A DNA stretch of 32,000 nt, from NCBI RefSeq assembly GCF_009617975.1, contig NZ_CP040089.1, positions 360,001 to 392,000 on the forward strand. The letters run 5' to 3'. The DNA is from Candidatus Nanohalobium constans. GTDB taxonomy: Archaea; Nanohalarchaeota; Nanosalinia; Nanosalinales; Nanosalinaceae. This document shows positions 23,323-32,000 of the stretch, piece after piece. Within the stretch, counting starts at the first letter, position 1. Each line of letters begins with the position of its first letter. The position numbers were made by a program, and so were the translations under genes. Below the pieces are notes generated by a model, which had not been told where the DNA came from, made no database searches, and saw only the letters and a list, made by a program, of their open reading frames with translations.

Positions 23323-26085
23323 ATGGTCGTGCCAAGCATTAAACAAAAGACATTCTTTCTTCTAACAGTTTGTATACTCGCCACCACACTCGGATCAGCA
23401 GCATCAAACTGGAGCATATACGATAACACAGGACTAAACACAGGAGTAGTATCAGCGGACTCTCCTACAGTCCAGGTAGTAAATATAACTGCCGACACGA
23501 CCGATACCACGCTAACCCCTGACGACGACACAGCATATCCCGTACAACTTACCCCAGACTACCTCTCAGAAAACTACAACATAACCGCAGCATACAATGC
23601 AACAAACGGAACTGACAGCGACCTAACCCACCTCAAAAACGGAATGTGGTACACCAAATTCACACCAAACAATACCGCTGGAAACAAACTACTTTTCTCA
23701 GCAAACGGCACAACAACCAAACAGGGCGTAAAAAACTCAAACGAAGAAGCAAACATTACAAAAACCCTGAACATAGGAGACTACACCGTCGAACTACAGG
23801 ACAAATACGACAAACCTGTCAAAGCAGGAATGGAATTCGAACTAGAAGCCGTGGTAACAGACCAGTCAGATAATGTAAAAGACGACAGCGAAGCAAGCGT
23901 TGAAGCATACTTCACAAACCCAGACGAAACAACAACTACAACCAAAATAGACAACTACGAAGCAGGAGAGTTCTACAACTCCAGAGTAAACTACCCAGAC
24001 AACCCGAACTCGACCTACCTGATGCACGTCAAAGCCATAAATGACACAACAGGAGACACCGAAGGAACAACATCCAGAATCATCGACATAGCACCACAGG
24101 TAAAAGGAGAAATAACAGGATTCGACGCAGAAGGAGGCTGCGGAACACAGGAAGAAGTATCAAGCTGCGAACAAGGAGCAACAATCGACATAGAATACTC
24201 TATCACAAGCGCAGAAGCAGAAAACGTTAACCTATCAATATTTGCTTTCAACAACTCAGGAAGAACACGTCTGGACACAATGAACCTGACTGAGGACAGC
24301 AGCACACTTTTCTCAGGCTCAGTCCAAGTACCGGACATAAACACATCAAAATACGACAAAGAAATAGAGTTCAAGTTCAACGCAACAAACAGAAACAGAG
24401 AAAGCGTAGACAGAAGAAACATAACACTAAACACGTTCACAATCGACGACAGAAGCTCAGCAACAACATACCTAGGAAAAGAATACGAACTCAACATCTT
24501 CCTCGGAAAACCATTCTCACTAGACGACTACAGCATGGACCGTTTCAACAACATAGAAGTAGACATCGACGACTCCAACGGAACAAACTACGAAAGATTC
24601 ACAATGAACAACCTGAGCTACTCAGAAACAGAAGGAGTAGTCACAGCATCAACAGTAATAGATGAAGACAACCCTACAGGAAGCTACAGCCTCGAAATAA
24701 CAGCAGAAAACAATTACGGTGAAGAAAAAACAGAAGTCTCAGGCTTCAGCGTCAAAGACGCAGACGCAACCTTTGAAACAGAAGAAAACATAGAAGTAGA
24801 GGTAAACAGGCTTGAACCCGCAACATTCAACATAGAAGCAGAAAACCTTCTACAACAGGAAAACGAACTTGAAGCCGAAGTAACAGAACTAGAAGACCAG
24901 ATAACCATCAACGACAACCCGATAACCCTACAACCAGAGGAAGACACAGACATAGAAATAGAAATCAATCTCACAGAACTAAACGACAAAGAAGGCGAAA
25001 TCAAATTCACAGACGCAAGCACAAACTACAACCAGACCACGGAAATAGAGATAGACACACCAGACTGCAACAGACAAGCCGGAAACCTCTGCCTAGAATC
25101 AAGAGATGACATAGACGTCACAGCAGGAACAACAAGCGAATTCACAGAAACCATAGACCTCAGATACATAGGCGAACAAGACGGCTCAGTAACCTACAAC
25201 ACAACAATAGAAGGAGAAATATCACCATACCTGTCAATCGAAAACGAGAGCGAAGACACAGAACTCTCAGGATCAAAAGAAGTAACAGTAACATTCCAGC
25301 CAGAAGCAACAGGAACATACACAGGCGACATAGTATTCGACACAGAATCAGGAGAAGAACTCACAGTACCAACAACACTAAACTACCAGCCAAACGAAGA
25401 TGAAAACAGCAACGAACAAAACAAAGACATAAGCATCTCAGCAGACCCGACAAGCCTAGACCTAGGATACCTACAGGAAGGAAGCTCAACCACAAAAACA
25501 GTAACAATAACAAACAACGGGGAAGACACGTCAGAAAGCCTGTCAATCACGTCCGACGACTACACAGTAACAAGCTCCTTCCAATCCCAGCTAGCAGCAG
25601 GAAACACACAAGAAATAACACTGAACTTTGAAGACGTAGAAGAAGAAAACGGAAGAATAAACCTAGACATCGGAGAAACCACGTCAATCACAGTAACAGC
25701 CAACATAGTAACCAACAGAGCATCAAGCCTCAGAGACAGAAAATCACGTCTGCAAAGCCAAGTAGAATCAGGCAGCACACAACAACAAGACCTGACAGAA
25801 ATATCAGCACAGATATCAAACTACGAAACAGCACTGACAGCAGAAAACTACGAAGAAGCACAAGAAACCTACCAAGAAATCGACTCAACACTCCAAAGAA
25901 TAAGCAGCGAAACAACAACCACACCACCAGACAACCCGGGAGAAGAAAACAATGAAAACAGTGGAGGACTCCCAATACTTCCAATAGCCGGAGCAGTAAT
26001 AGCCCTACTACTCATCGGATTCATCTTCTACGAAAGCTACATTCCAGAAGAAGGAGACCCACTCTACAGCGTCCTAGGAGAGTAA
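23323..26085 (+). CDS. large acidic surface (S-layer-like) glycoprotein candidate with signal peptide and C-terminal TM anchor
   Basis: Signal peptide KQKTFFLLTVCILATTLGSAAS. At least about 20 N-x-S/T sequons by eye (NIT, NAT, NGT, NNT, NLS...). T/P-rich stalk ETTTTPPDNPGEENN followed by LPILPIAGAVIALLLIGFIFY. ATG 23323 is preferred over GTG 23317. Confidence 0.75.
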   Translation: MVVPSIKQKTFFLLTVCILATTLGSAASNWSIYDNTGLNTGVVSADSPTVQVVNITADTTDTTLTPDDDTAYPVQLTPDYLSENYNITAAYNATNGTDSDLTHLKNGMWYTKFTPNNTAGNKLLFSANGTTTKQGVKNSNEEANITKTLNIGDYTVELQDKYDKPVKAGMEFELEAVVTDQSDNVKDDSEASVEAYFTNPDETTTTTKIDNYEAGEFYNSRVNYPDNPNSTYLMHVKAINDTTGDTEGTTSRIIDIAPQVKGEITGFDAEGGCGTQEEVSSCEQGATIDIEYSITSAEAENVNLSIFAFNNSGRTRLDTMNLTEDSSTLFSGSVQVPDINTSKYDKEIEFKFNATNRNRESVDRRNITLNTFTIDDRSSATTYLGKEYELNIFLGKPFSLDDYSMDRFNNIEVDIDDSNGTNYERFTMNNLSYSETEGVVTASTVIDEDNPTGSYSLEITAENNYGEEKTEVSGFSVKDADATFETEENIEVEVNRLEPATFNIEAENLLQQENELEAEVTELEDQITINDNPITLQPEEDTDIEIEINLTELNDKEGEIKFTDASTNYNQTTEIEIDTPDCNRQAGNLCLESRDDIDVTAGTTSEFTETIDLRYIGEQDGSVTYNTTIEGEISPYLSIENESEDTELSGSKEVTVTFQPEATGTYTGDIVFDTESGEELTVPTTLNYQPNEDENSNEQNKDISISADPTSLDLGYLQEGSSTTKTVTITNNGEDTSESLSITSDDYTVTSSFQSQLAAGNTQEITLNFEDVEEENGRINLDIGETTSITVTANIVTNRASSLRDRKSRLQSQVESGSTQQQDLTEISAQISNYETALTAENYEEAQETYQEIDSTLQRISSETTTTPPDNPGEENNENSGGLPILPIAGAVIALLLIGFIFYESYIPEEGDPLYSVLGE

Positions 26086-26092
26086 AACAACC

Positions 26093-26584
26093 ATGATAAA
26101 CCAGATAACCCAACAACTTGACATCAGCAGTATACTACTAGTAGCAGCACTGATAGCAGCATTCGTAATAGCATTCAAAGTCATGGAAATGATCTTCGAC
26201 ACAATGCTGATCGCAGGAATATCAGCAACATTCTACATTGGTCTAAGAATGATACAAGGAGGACCAATCTCAATCAACGATGTCCTACTATTCACATTCC
26301 TAGGAGCATCCCTCTACATGACATACAGCCTACTAGCATCACTATACAAACTAGGAGCCACAGTACTCCCAATACCAGTCCACATAATCGAAGCAGCACT
26401 CAAACCACTCCAATACACCTGGAGCAAAATAGAAGAACTAAAAGAAAGAGACGACTTCGCACCAAAACAAACCAACAGCCAGAAACAGAAAAAACAAAAA
26501 GAAGAAGAAAAAGACAAGTCAGAAAAATCAACCAAAGAAGTAATTCTCGGAAACAAAGACAAAGAAGATGAAGACGAAGAATAA
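26093..26584 (+). CDS. multi-pass membrane protein with K/E-rich C-terminal tail
   Basis: Three to four hydrophobic helices, then KQKKQKEEEKDKSEKSTKE...DEDEE. Starts 7 nt after the glycoprotein stop. Confidence 0.65.
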   Translation: MINQITQQLDISSILLVAALIAAFVIAFKVMEMIFDTMLIAGISATFYIGLRMIQGGPISINDVLLFTFLGASLYMTYSLLASLYKLGATVLPIPVHIIEAALKPLQYTWSKIEELKERDDFAPKQTNSQKQKKQKEEEKDKSEKSTKEVILGNKDKEDEDEE

Positions 26585-26611
26585 AAACAACTCAAGGACA
26601 AATGATTCAAC

Positions 26612-27289
26612 ATGGAAGCCAAAATACTAGCCGCAACACTCGCCTCACTAGCCGCAATCTTCGCCGGACTAAACGGAGGAGCATTCACAGCAGACGACAT
26701 CAGAAACACAGACCTAGCCAACGAACAACTAACACAAGAAAGCGGTCTACAATCAATGCTTCCAGACATACCATTCATCGACCAGCTAAACCAAAAACCA
26801 GAACCAACCAACAAAGTAAAAGCACAGATACAGATCCAAGACAGCTCAGACCTAAAACTAAAACAAGCAACACTCCAAGCATCCAGCCTAAAACAAATAC
26901 AAACCAAAAACATAGACATCCAATCAGACGAAGAAATCAAATTCAAACAATTCAAAGGCAGACTAAAATTCGACAACACCAGCACAATCAAAGGAACAGC
27001 AAAAGCCATAAACACAAGCGGAGTAAACATCACAACAGGAATAAGACTTAACACAGAAGCAGACACAGACAAAATAAACGTAGAAAACACCCAGAGATCA
27101 GAAATGAAATTCTCAAAAGCATCAATCAAACCAACAAACAACTCAGACTTCGGAATAAACACCAACAACACTAACCTAAACATCAACTCATTTACAGGCG
27201 ACATAACCGTCCACACCAGAAACAAGACACTCATCATAGACGGAAAAGTAGACACACTCAAAGCCGGAAAATACAGCCTAGGAAACTAA
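26612..27289 (+). CDS. secreted T/N/K-rich protein, unknown function
   Basis: Signal-like N-terminus MEAKILAATLASLAAIFAGLNG. Chosen over the overlapping frames 26602-27051 (+) and 26314-27261 (-), which are low-complexity shadows. Confidence 0.6.
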   Translation: MEAKILAATLASLAAIFAGLNGGAFTADDIRNTDLANEQLTQESGLQSMLPDIPFIDQLNQKPEPTNKVKAQIQIQDSSDLKLKQATLQASSLKQIQTKNIDIQSDEEIKFKQFKGRLKFDNTSTIKGTAKAINTSGVNITTGIRLNTEADTDKINVENTQRSEMKFSKASIKPTNNSDFGINTNNTNLNINSFTGDITVHTRNKTLIIDGKVDTLKAGKYSLGN

Positions 27290-27344
27290 AAAACCCTCCT
27301 CCCACTCATTATCCTTCTAACTTTAACTTCCAAAAAATAATTCC

Positions 27345-27902
27345 ATGGAAAAAGTAATTCTTGTCGAACCCGAAATACCGGAAAACACAGGATTCATCGC
27401 CCGACTAGCAGCCAACTTCGAAGCAGAACTGCGTATCATACAACCAGAATTCAATTTGTCAGAAGCCCGGAAAACCACAAACAAATACCAAGACAAACTA
27501 AGAAACGCAGAAATATACGAAACAGTAGAAAAAGCCGTAGAAAACCTGGACTACGTAGTTGGCACCAAACCAGGAAAAGGAGTAGGACTGAAAAAATTCC
27601 AGCCACGCGAGAACATGTCCCTCATGATAGGACGGGAAAGCCACGGACTATCCAACAAAGAACTAGAACACTGCGACACAAAAATCCACATAGAAACCGG
27701 AAAACACTCCTCACTAAACCAAAGCCACGCAGCCGCAGTACTAATGCACAGCTTCTACACAAAACAGAAAAAACAAGTAAAAGTAGATAAACTAGATGCA
27801 ATCAATGAAGAAACCGGCGAAGTAACAAGGAAACTACTGAAAAGAGCAGCACCAACAGAGAAAGAGATGAAAGCTGTTACAGCAGAAATTAAATCCAGGT
27901 AA
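27345..27902 (+). CDS. SpoU/TrmH-family RNA 2'-O-methyltransferase (aTrmJ-like)
   Basis: VILVEPEIPENTGFIARLAANF, LMIGRESHGLSNKELEHCD, SLNQSHAAAVLMH: the three SPOUT motifs. Confidence 0.8.
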   Translation: MEKVILVEPEIPENTGFIARLAANFEAELRIIQPEFNLSEARKTTNKYQDKLRNAEIYETVEKAVENLDYVVGTKPGKGVGLKKFQPRENMSLMIGRESHGLSNKELEHCDTKIHIETGKHSSLNQSHAAAVLMHSFYTKQKKQVKVDKLDAINEETGEVTRKLLKRAAPTEKEMKAVTAEIKSR

Positions 27903-27974
27903 TTAGGTTTCCAGAGTTATCTGGCAATACCTTAAAAAAGATCGGTACGATAATAATTATTGTGTCGATACTTC

Positions 27975-29342
27975 ATGGAATTTTATGATAGGAAAGAGGA
28001 ATTAAGATATCTACAGGAAAGTTTCGAAGAAGATGATTTCAGGTTCTCAGTAATTTATGGTAGAAGAAGAGTGGGCAAAACCGAATTAATCAAAAAAATA
28101 TGTGAAGAAAAGCCGCACATATATCATTTATTCTCCCAGGACACAGAAAAAAGACAAATAGAACGCCTATCCTCCAATATAGCAGATTATTTCAATGAAC
28201 CACAACCTAAACTTGAGAACTGGCGAGAAACAGTAGAGTATATAGGAAGAAAGCTTAATGAAGAGAAAATAATTTTAGCACTAGATGAATTCCCCTACGC
28301 CATTGAATCAGAAAAAACAGTACCTTCACATTTCCAGTACCTAGTAGACGAACTACTAGATGATTCAGACTCCATGCTTATCTTATCAGGATCTACAATA
28401 AGCATAATGATGAATCAAGTATTAGGATATGAAAGTCCTCTATATGGCCGAAGAACCGGACAGATAGACCTGAAACCTTTTAATTTCCAACAAAGCATTC
28501 AAGCAATCGACTACAGTTTCAAAGAAGCAGTGAAATCCTACACAGTAACCGGAGGAACACCTATGTATTTGATGAGCTTCAACTACAACAAAAAACTGAA
28601 AGAAAACCTGACCGAGAAAGTATTAAACCCTAACTCAATGCTTTTTGAAGAACCAGAGTTCCTATTAAGACAAGAACTGAGGAACCCATCAAGATACTCA
28701 AGTATCCTAGGATCTATAGCAGAGGGCTACAACAAATCAAATGAGATAAGCAATAACACCGGAATACCATCAGGAACAATAAGCAAATATCTCAAGAAAT
28801 TACAGAAACTAAGGCTAATAACCAGAGAAACACCAGTAACAGCATCCAAGAAAACAAAGCGCTCAAACTACAAGATAACAGACAACTACATCAGCTTCTG
28901 GTATAGAAACATATACCCTCAAAAATCTGCCATAGAAGAAAAACCAGATAAAACAGCAGAAGAGATACTAGCAAACTTGAAACATCAAACTGCTGAGACA
29001 TTTGAGCAAATCTGTCGAGAAACAGTACAAAAAGATACAGAATACTCACAAGTAGGAAGATGGTGGTATAAAGAAGACGAAATAGATGTAACAGCAACTA
29101 AAGACAAAAAAATTCTACTTGGAGAAGTCAAATGGACCAATCAAAAAACCGGACTAGATTTACTCAAAAAACTCGAAAACAAAAGCTCAAAAGTCCGGTG
29201 GAAAAAAGGAGAAAGAAAAGTAGAGTATGCCTTATTCTCCAAAGAAGGATTCACAAAAAACCTACAACAAGAGGCTGAAAACAGGTCCGACCTGAAAACA
29301 CACAACCTGAAAGAAATCAAGAAAATAATGAAGGCAAAGTAA
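27975..29342 (+). CDS. archaeal-type AAA ATPase with C-terminal DUF234
   Basis: FYDRKEELRYL..., Walker A YGRRRVGKTELIKK, Walker B ILALDEFPY, C-terminal ...DEIDVTATKDKKILLGEVKWTN. ATG 27975 is preferred over TTG 27960. Confidence 0.8.
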   Translation: MEFYDRKEELRYLQESFEEDDFRFSVIYGRRRVGKTELIKKICEEKPHIYHLFSQDTEKRQIERLSSNIADYFNEPQPKLENWRETVEYIGRKLNEEKIILALDEFPYAIESEKTVPSHFQYLVDELLDDSDSMLILSGSTISIMMNQVLGYESPLYGRRTGQIDLKPFNFQQSIQAIDYSFKEAVKSYTVTGGTPMYLMSFNYNKKLKENLTEKVLNPNSMLFEEPEFLLRQELRNPSRYSSILGSIAEGYNKSNEISNNTGIPSGTISKYLKKLQKLRLITRETPVTASKKTKRSNYKITDNYISFWYRNIYPQKSAIEEKPDKTAEEILANLKHQTAETFEQICRETVQKDTEYSQVGRWWYKEDEIDVTATKDKKILLGEVKWTNQKTGLDLLKKLENKSSKVRWKKGERKVEYALFSKEGFTKNLQQEAENRSDLKTHNLKEIKKIMKAK

Positions 29343-29416
29343 ATTAAAACTGCTTCTCAGGACCTAACAACCAAATATTCCAGGTTATTGGAGTTTTCAG
29401 AACTGCATTGTGAACC

Positions 29417-29428
29417 ATTAAAAAGATA
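29417..29428 (+). promoter_or_regulatory. TATA-like box for 29447-30697
   Basis: attaaaaagata is centred about 26 nt upstream of ATG 29447. Confidence 0.3.
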
Positions 29429-29446
29429 CAGTTTTGACAGGTGTGT

Positions 29447-30697
29447 ATGGTCTTACCATTCTTAGATACCGGCAACCAAATAATACAGATACTGCAAATC
29501 CTATCATTCCTACTGTTCCCAATACTCATAGTATTCGGACCAAGAATAATGGTCTGGCAAGCAGACAGGAAACTAAGAGACGTACTAGCAGACATAGAAG
29601 ACTACCACAACACATCCGTCAACTTGTTCAAAGAAAACATGGATGTCACACCTGAGTTCGAAGAAAGACTTGGCTCCATGAAGAACTTCCAATTCTCAGC
29701 ACCAACACAACTCGACCCAGCAGGAATGGTCGACAGACTAGAAAATGTTCTAGACGCATCAGAAGACAAATTCCAAAGATTCGTAGAGAAACACGCAGAC
29801 ACAGAAGACGAAGAAGAACTAGCAGACCTAAACATGGCATTCAAAGGAGTCATGGGCACACAACAAATCTTCAAGGTCTTGAGGCATTACCGAGAACTGA
29901 TCAACAAAACCAAAAACTTCCAGTTAGTCGGACTCATCAACATGATGCTCCCGATCTACGAAGAAATGGCAGAAGCACAGAAAGGCGCAACACGAGCATT
30001 CATGGACCAAGCACCAATCGGAGACAGCATCGGACCAATGGTCGCAGCCAAACTAATCACAGAAGAACCAGAAGAAATCAGCGAAAACATCATGCACAGC
30101 GAAGAAGAAATCAACGACCAAACAGTCCATGTAATCAAGTCAGATGGACCTGGTTCAAGATTAGGAAAGTACGGAGAAGCAATCGAAACACTAGCAGAAA
30201 ACAACGAATTAGAAGCAGTAATCACAGTCGATGCAGCCGGCAAGTTCGAAGGAGAAGAAACCGGAGCAGTCAATGAAGGAGTCGGCGTCATGATGGGCGG
30301 ACCAGGAGTCCAGAAAAGCCGGATAGAAGAAGTAGCGACAGAAGAAGAACTACCACTAGAAGGAATCGTCATCAAACAGTCCGCACCAGAAGCCAGCAAA
30401 CCTATGAAAAGAGAAATCTACGACGCCTACAAACCAGCAGTCGAAAAAACCAAACAAGTAATCAACGAACACGAAGGAGAAGTAGCAGTAATCGGCGTCG
30501 GAAACACCTGTGGAATACCCAACACAAGACAAGAAACCTCAGGAGTACACAACAAACTCCGGAAATACTGGGACGAATACGAAGAACAAGACGACGAAGA
30601 CGTCAGCTACATGGGACTCATGTCAATGTTCGGCGGCGGACAAGCCGAAGAAATGCAGAACAAAGCAAAGTCAATGCTGTGGCGTTTGCCGCGGTGA
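29447..30697 (+). CDS. conserved archaeal membrane-anchored protein (DUF1512-like)
   Basis: N-terminal TM helix (IIQILQILSFLLFPILIVFGPRIMVW) followed by a soluble ~370-aa domain. The overall layout recalls DUF1512, assigned from memory only. Confidence 0.55.
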   Translation: MVLPFLDTGNQIIQILQILSFLLFPILIVFGPRIMVWQADRKLRDVLADIEDYHNTSVNLFKENMDVTPEFEERLGSMKNFQFSAPTQLDPAGMVDRLENVLDASEDKFQRFVEKHADTEDEEELADLNMAFKGVMGTQQIFKVLRHYRELINKTKNFQLVGLINMMLPIYEEMAEAQKGATRAFMDQAPIGDSIGPMVAAKLITEEPEEISENIMHSEEEINDQTVHVIKSDGPGSRLGKYGEAIETLAENNELEAVITVDAAGKFEGEETGAVNEGVGVMMGGPGVQKSRIEEVATEEELPLEGIVIKQSAPEASKPMKREIYDAYKPAVEKTKQVINEHEGEVAVIGVGNTCGIPNTRQETSGVHNKLRKYWDEYEEQDDEDVSYMGLMSMFGGGQAEEMQNKAKSMLWRLPR

Positions 30698-30780
30698 TTT
30701 GATTCAATTTCCTTATCTTCTTTTATTTCTTTTAATTGAGTTTCACAACTGATTTAACAATAGAGAAACAATGTTAATTC

Positions 30781-31019
30781 ATGGCCAGTACTGATGGAAT
30801 AGAGGTCAATCCTGAGATTATGGCTGGCAAACCAGTTGTTAAAGGAACAAGAATACCCGTCTATGTGGTACTTCAAATGCTTGAAGAAGATACACAGATA
30901 GAAGATATACTTGAAGCATACCCTGATTTAGAGAGAGAGAAGATGTACGAGCGTGCATTCGTTACGCCACAAAAAGAGTTCGGAGAGAAGAAGTAACTGA
31001 CTCTAAAACGGTGGCATAA
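30781..31019 (+). pseudogene. DUF433-family antitoxin-like gene, apparently frameshifted in a (GA)5 run
   Basis: EVNPEIMAGKPVVKGTRIPVYVVLQMLEE...ILEAYPDLERE is typical DUF433. After gagagagaga (30931-30940) the listed frame gives an atypical tail, KMYERAFVTPQKEFGEKK*. The frame starting at 30939 gives EDVRACIRYATKRVRREEV...*, the expected DUF433 C-terminus, with its stop at 31017-31019. Confidence 0.6.
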
Positions 31020-31024
31020 AAACC

Positions 31025-31370
31025 TTGAAACTTCTCATAGATGAAAATATATCTCCAAAAACAGCAAATTTTTTGAAAAAACAGGGAAATGATGTCAAGT
31101 CAGTTAGAGATGTTAATCTAGGAAGCCAATGACAAAGAAGTAATAAAGCTAGCACTAAAAGAAGAAAGAACAATAATAACTCTAGATAACGACTTTGGAG
31201 AAATCTACTACTTCTCAAATGAGGAAAAACTCAAAGTATCTGTAATAAAACCAACCAAACAGAAAATACCAGTCATAAATGAGATTTTGAAGAATCAACT
31301 CTCAAAGATAAAAAATGAGGAATATGGTCTATTCATAATCAAAGAAGACCAGATCAGAAAGCTAAAATAA
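31025..31370 (+). pseudogene. DUF5615 (PIN-like, Mut7-C type) toxin-like gene with an internal frameshift
   Basis: TTG 31025: (M)KLLIDENISPKTANFLKKQGNDVKSVRDVNLGSQ* stops at 31130-31132. A shifted frame from 31128 continues NDKEVIKLALKEERTIITLDNDFGEIYYF...IRKLK* to 31368-31370. Joined together, the two parts give a full-length DUF5615 pattern. Confidence 0.65.
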
Positions 31371-31546
31371 GAAGATGACCTCCCAAAATAGAGGAACTAC
31401 TGCTGTTAAAATCAAGAGCCAGAGAAGACTACACAAAAGAAAGCGATGTAGACCTAGAGAATCCCACGGTAAACACATATCCCTCCTTTTTTCCTCCAAT
31501 CCTTTTTACCAATGGTTTTTTTAACCGAGATAACCTTAACGTAGCT

Positions 31547-32000
31547 ATGCGCAACCTAAAGATACCACTACTTCTCACCCTGGCAATTCTACTCACAGTC
31601 ACAGCATCTTCAAAAATTGAGATCACTCCTTCCAATGGCGAAACACTAGAATATGGCGAAAACGTCCAACTAGAACTGGATGAGGACAGTATAGCTAATG
31701 AGATATATGTAACAGGTTGCAACTCCCAGATTAAACTTGGCTCAGGATTTCAGCCTAAACTGTTATATGAATTCAATATTCCTGAAGACCTTTCCTGCGG
31801 ACTTGGCGAACACACAATAACCGCCCACAGAACAGAGGATACCCAATCAAAGTACAAACTAGGAGAAGACACTATAGAAGTTACTTCTCCATCTAATACA
31901 CCTCATAGCGGATCCTACTTGTATATAAAATACAACAGTGATGGGGACGCCCAAATAACAGATGACACATTGCATTGGATGTTTTTATCAGACAATGAAT
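31547..32000 (+). CDS. secreted protein, 5' part (runs off the window end)
   Basis: ATG 31547 lies about 26 nt after the T-rich box (31515-31527). Signal peptide MRNLKIPLLLTLAILLTVTASS. The frame is open to position 32000. The antisense ORF 31429-31722 is rejected. Confidence 0.6.
   Translation, partial: MRNLKIPLLLTLAILLTVTASSKIEITPSNGETLEYGENVQLELDEDSIANEIYVTGCNSQIKLGSGFQPKLLYEFNIPEDLSCGLGEHTITAHRTEDTQSKYKLGEDTIEVTSPSNTPHSGSYLYIKYNSDGDAQITDDTLHWMFLSDNE

Noticed and set aside
26602-27051. 149-aa + strand ORF overlapping 26612-27289 in another frame.
   Set aside because: It is an R/K/T/N/Q/H low-complexity string produced by A-rich DNA. The competing frame has a signal peptide and ordinary composition.
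26314-27261. 315-aa minus-strand ORF, the second-longest-looking unknown in the region.
   Set aside because: It is antisense to two well-supported + strand genes. The translation is low-complexity S/F/L/V-rich with no start context. It is explained by the near absence of T/G-rich stop complements on the A+C-rich sense strand.
1-32000. Looked for tRNA/rRNA genes, CRISPR repeats and IS elements in intergenic regions (320-498, 8911-9062, 12086-12338, 15866-16003, 17747-17908, 22614-22766).
   Set aside because: No GC-rich cloverleaf-like stems, no regularly spaced direct repeats and no terminal inverted repeats with a transposase ORF were seen by eye. A tRNAscan or Infernal run would be needed to be definitive.

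Overview
Archaeal chromosomal segment, most likely from a halophilic, small-genome DPANN lineage (Nanohaloarchaeota-like). That placement is an inference from very acidic predicted proteins, archaea-specific markers, and compact genes with AT-rich boxes about 25 nt upstream of many ATGs. About 40 genes are present, all but five on the + strand. I saw no rRNA, tRNA, CRISPR array, transposase, integrase or reverse transcriptase.

Right part (16-32 kb): ordinary core genes, namely pus10, the rpl21e-rpoF-DUF655-ksgA cluster, pyrG, Mtq2-like and SpoU-type methyltransferases, a DUF234 ATPase and a DUF1512-like protein. Interleaved are an envelope block (a sequon-rich ~920-aa surface glycoprotein candidate plus two small membrane/secreted proteins) and toxin-antitoxin modules (HepT-MNT, and a frameshifted DUF433/DUF5615 pair).

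Left part (0-15.9 kb): an accessory cell-surface island built around tatA-tatC.
- A three-part gene arrangement occurs twice: a single-pass cupredoxin-like membrane protein, then a Tat-signal fibre-like protein, then a tightly coupled large protein with no signal peptide (3x LamG, or glycine-rich). This may be a Tat 'hitchhiker' adhesin display system.
- The island also holds secreted and unsecreted proteins with phage-tail-fibre-type motifs.
- A paralogue pair shares a perfectly conserved 39-nt junction exactly where the C-termini diverge.
- Composition and codon usage are mosaic inside ORFs.
- Two complete TA operons are each bracketed by diverged direct copies of the last ~145 nt of the LamG gene.

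All family assignments come from motif recognition by eye, not from searches.
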